Shown here: piece by piece, positions 25,484 to 27,350 of the stretch
How positions within the stretch are numbered: the stretch's first letter is position 1
Layout: every line of letters starts with the position of its first letter
The notes under the pieces: generated by a model
Told to the model about the DNA's origin: nothing
The model's database searches: none
Seen by the model: the letters and a program-made list of their open reading frames with translations, nothing else
NCBI GenBank assembly: GCA_035289485.1
Contig: DATDXA010000047.1
Coordinates: 1-27,350, forward strand
DNA length: 27,350 nucleotides
Source of the DNA: an archaeon
GTDB taxonomy: Archaea; Iainarchaeota; Iainarchaeia; Iainarchaeales; Iainarchaeaceae
Direction: 5' to 3'
Translations under genes and position numbers: made by a program

Positions 25484-26345
25484 ATTTTTATCCGCGCTTT
25501 TTTTTCTGATGCTTATTTCCCCAGCGCTTGCCGATATTTCAGTTGAAGTTTCTGCGGTAGGGGAAGGCGGCTCTTTGTTTTACCCTCTAGAAGTGAAGTT
25601 CTATCACATCGCGGTCACAAACCTATCTGATGAGCCTTCAGAGAACGTTAATGTGACCCTTATTGCTCCGCCTGAGATGGTTTTTCTAATTGACGGCAGG
25701 GAGGAGCGCGAGCGCGTGATTTCATTCCTGCAAATACTCCCCGGAAGAACAGAGGAGCGCGATTTTGATGTGAAGGCGCTTTCAGCGTCCACCGCGCCGG
25801 TTCAATTAAGGGCGAATTATTCTGCCGGGGACCAGAACGGGTCTGTTTTTGCACCTGCAATTGTACGCAGCGGCCCTCTTTTGCTCACGGCAACACTTGG
25901 CAAGGATTCAATCCAGCCAGGGGAGGATGCGAATTTTGATTTTTCCATGAAGAATGATTCCGCGCAGGCGCTTTCCGCGATAAGGGCGGAGCTTTTCTCC
26001 TCGGGAAATGTGATAGTTGAGGGCGCGCCTTTTGAGAGGGATTCTCTTGCCGCAGGGGAAACAATTTCCGATTCGCTTGGATTCACTCTTGCAAAAGACA
26101 CCGGCGAGGGGAATATTGCAATAAGGGTATTTTTCGATGATTCTAATGGAACGCATGTGCTTGAAAAATCGCTTCCATTCGAGGTGCAGACAAAGGGAAT
26201 TTTCGCGCTCCTTCTGGTTGCGGGCGTTGTGCTTTTGGTGCTTATTTATTTTTACAACAAGGGCAGGGAAGATGATTCCCACGGCGATGATTCACCCAAT
26301 GATGAACCTGAAGAAAAGGGCGGAAAGTGGGCACAGGGCCATTAA
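25476..26345 (+). CDS. Surface protein with Ig-like (CARDB/S-layer COG1361-type) domains and C-terminal TM
   Basis: Signal peptide, two beta-rich repeats (VTNLS...ILPGRTE and MKNDS...LAAGET), TM and acidic tail. Confidence 0.72.
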   Translation: MGKFLSALFFLMLISPALADISVEVSAVGEGGSLFYPLEVKFYHIAVTNLSDEPSENVNVTLIAPPEMVFLIDGREERERVISFLQILPGRTEERDFDVKALSASTAPVQLRANYSAGDQNGSVFAPAIVRSGPLLLTATLGKDSIQPGEDANFDFSMKNDSAQALSAIRAELFSSGNVIVEGAPFERDSLAAGETISDSLGFTLAKDTGEGNIAIRVFFDDSNGTHVLEKSLPFEVQTKGIFALLLVAGVVLLVLIYFYNKGREDDSHGDDSPNDEPEEKGGKWAQGH

Positions 26346-26389
26346 AAGATGCTGAAAAAGTCCATTGACTTGAATGGCAACGTAGGATT

Positions 26390-27160
26390 TTACGCAACCC
26401 TTACAAGTTTTCCTGTTTTTTTCGCGTAATGAAATGAGAGCTGCAAAAGTATCCACGAGCCAATAAGCCAAATGGCGCTTAGTGCAATCATGGCAACCCA
26501 GTCAGCCTTTGCCGCTCCCGACGTTTCTTTTATGAGGTTGAATGCATGAGAGCTTGGCAAAAGCTGCGCAAGTGAATAGAGCGGCTCTGGAAGTATCTCA
26601 AGCGGGTAATACACTCCCGAAAACACCACGAGAATATCAGGAAGCGTCCAGACCAGAAATATGGCGTTTTCCCCGTGTGGGAATATTATTGCAAGGTTTA
26701 GCATCCCAATTGATATGCCAAAAATAAAAAGGAAAAAGAGCGCCGCTATGAATTCTATCTGCGTTGGCAGCGCCATGCCATAAAAAAAGTGCGCGGTTGC
26801 AAAAAAGAGGCCTATTACTATTATGCACTTGAGTATGCCTGTCATTATTCCGCCCAAAACGAATTCGCGCAGCCTCATTGGGGAGACAAATAGGTGCGTA
26901 AGTGAATTCGACCAGAATTCATCCATGTACCCAACCGCTATTCCCATCTGCATCTGCTGAACAACCTGCCATCCTGCCATTCCAAGCACCACGAGTGTTA
27001 TTACCGCGGGGTCATTGTTTAGCGCTTTTGCAAGGAATACAAATGCGAGAAGAAGCGTAAGCGGCCAGACCGTTGTGTCCATTAGGCGAAAGAGGTTCTG
27101 TGACATCAGCTTTGTGTTCTTGTAGAACTGGCTGTATGCGCGCGTGAGTGATTTATTCAT
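26390..27160 (-). CDS. ABC-2 type transporter permease
   Basis: About 6 [17 protein letters not shown] and [12 protein letters not shown] motifs. Confidence 0.9.
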   Translation of the reverse strand: MNKSLTRAYSQFYKNTKLMSQNLFRLMDTTVWPLTLLLAFVFLAKALNNDPAVITLVVLGMAGWQVVQQMQMGIAVGYMDEFWSNSLTHLFVSPMRLREFVLGGIMTGILKCIIVIGLFFATAHFFYGMALPTQIEFIAALFFLFIFGISIGMLNLAIIFPHGENAIFLVWTLPDILVVFSGVYYPLEILPEPLYSLAQLLPSSHAFNLIKETSGAAKADWVAMIALSAIWLIGSWILLQLSFHYAKKTGKLVRVA

Positions 27161-27350
27161 CCTCTTCCACCCATTTCTCTTTTGTCAGGTGCAGGAAAAT
27201 TTCCTCAAGGTTTGCTTTTGGCTTTCCCGCAAGTTTTCTGAGTTCGGAGATTTTTCCGAACGCGATAATTTTCCCGCCCCTTATGAGTGCAATGCGATCG
27301 CAGAGCTGCTCAGCTTCCGCCATGTAATGCGTTGTAAGAAGGATTGTTTT
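27153..27350 (-). CDS. ABC transporter ATP-binding protein, C-terminal part (5' end outside window)
   Basis: Manual translation [32 protein letters not shown]...[10 protein letters not shown]...EDE*; H-loop present; overlaps the permease start. Confidence 0.92.
   Translation of the reverse strand, partial: KTILLTTHYMAEAEQLCDRIALIRGGKIIAFGKISELRKLAGKPKANLEEIFLHLTKEKWVEEDE

Overview
Archaeal chromosomal window. It has archaeal-type ProRS, an ATP-dependent DNA ligase, Dph6, TrmB, tRNAs with TTCAAAT T-loops, GGTGA Shine-Dalgarno motifs and many apparently leaderless genes with a TATA box about 30 nt before the ATG. The compact layout and gene content suggest a DPANN lineage such as Iainarchaeota/Diapherotrites (inference). 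Housekeeping content: a partial stand-alone DUF2090/IolC-C-like aldolase, dph6, an MTA/SAH deaminase-like amidohydrolase, lig, tRNA-Pro(TGG), tRNA-Pro(GGG), an RlmI-like methyltransferase, a Na+/solute symporter with a divergent TrmB-type regulator, SRPBCC and VOC proteins, a bacterial-type uvrB-uvrA-uvrC operon, proS, a helical protein-PIN-GNAT operon, a GT2, surface proteins and an ABC transporter. The most unusual signal is a family of three short multi-hairpin intergenic elements (about 2594-2655, 3603-3741 and 6023-6104). Two share an exact 26-nt core and a second hairpin with compensatory changes. Two are flanked by perfect 11- and 14-bp direct repeats that look like target-site duplications: one duplicates the 5' end of tRNA-Pro, and the other forms an exact 49-codon ORF bridging two genes. 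No transposase is present in the window. A second candidate system is a pair of unannotated, mutually similar micropeptides transcribed divergently from an HTH-ACT regulator across a repeat-rich promoter region.
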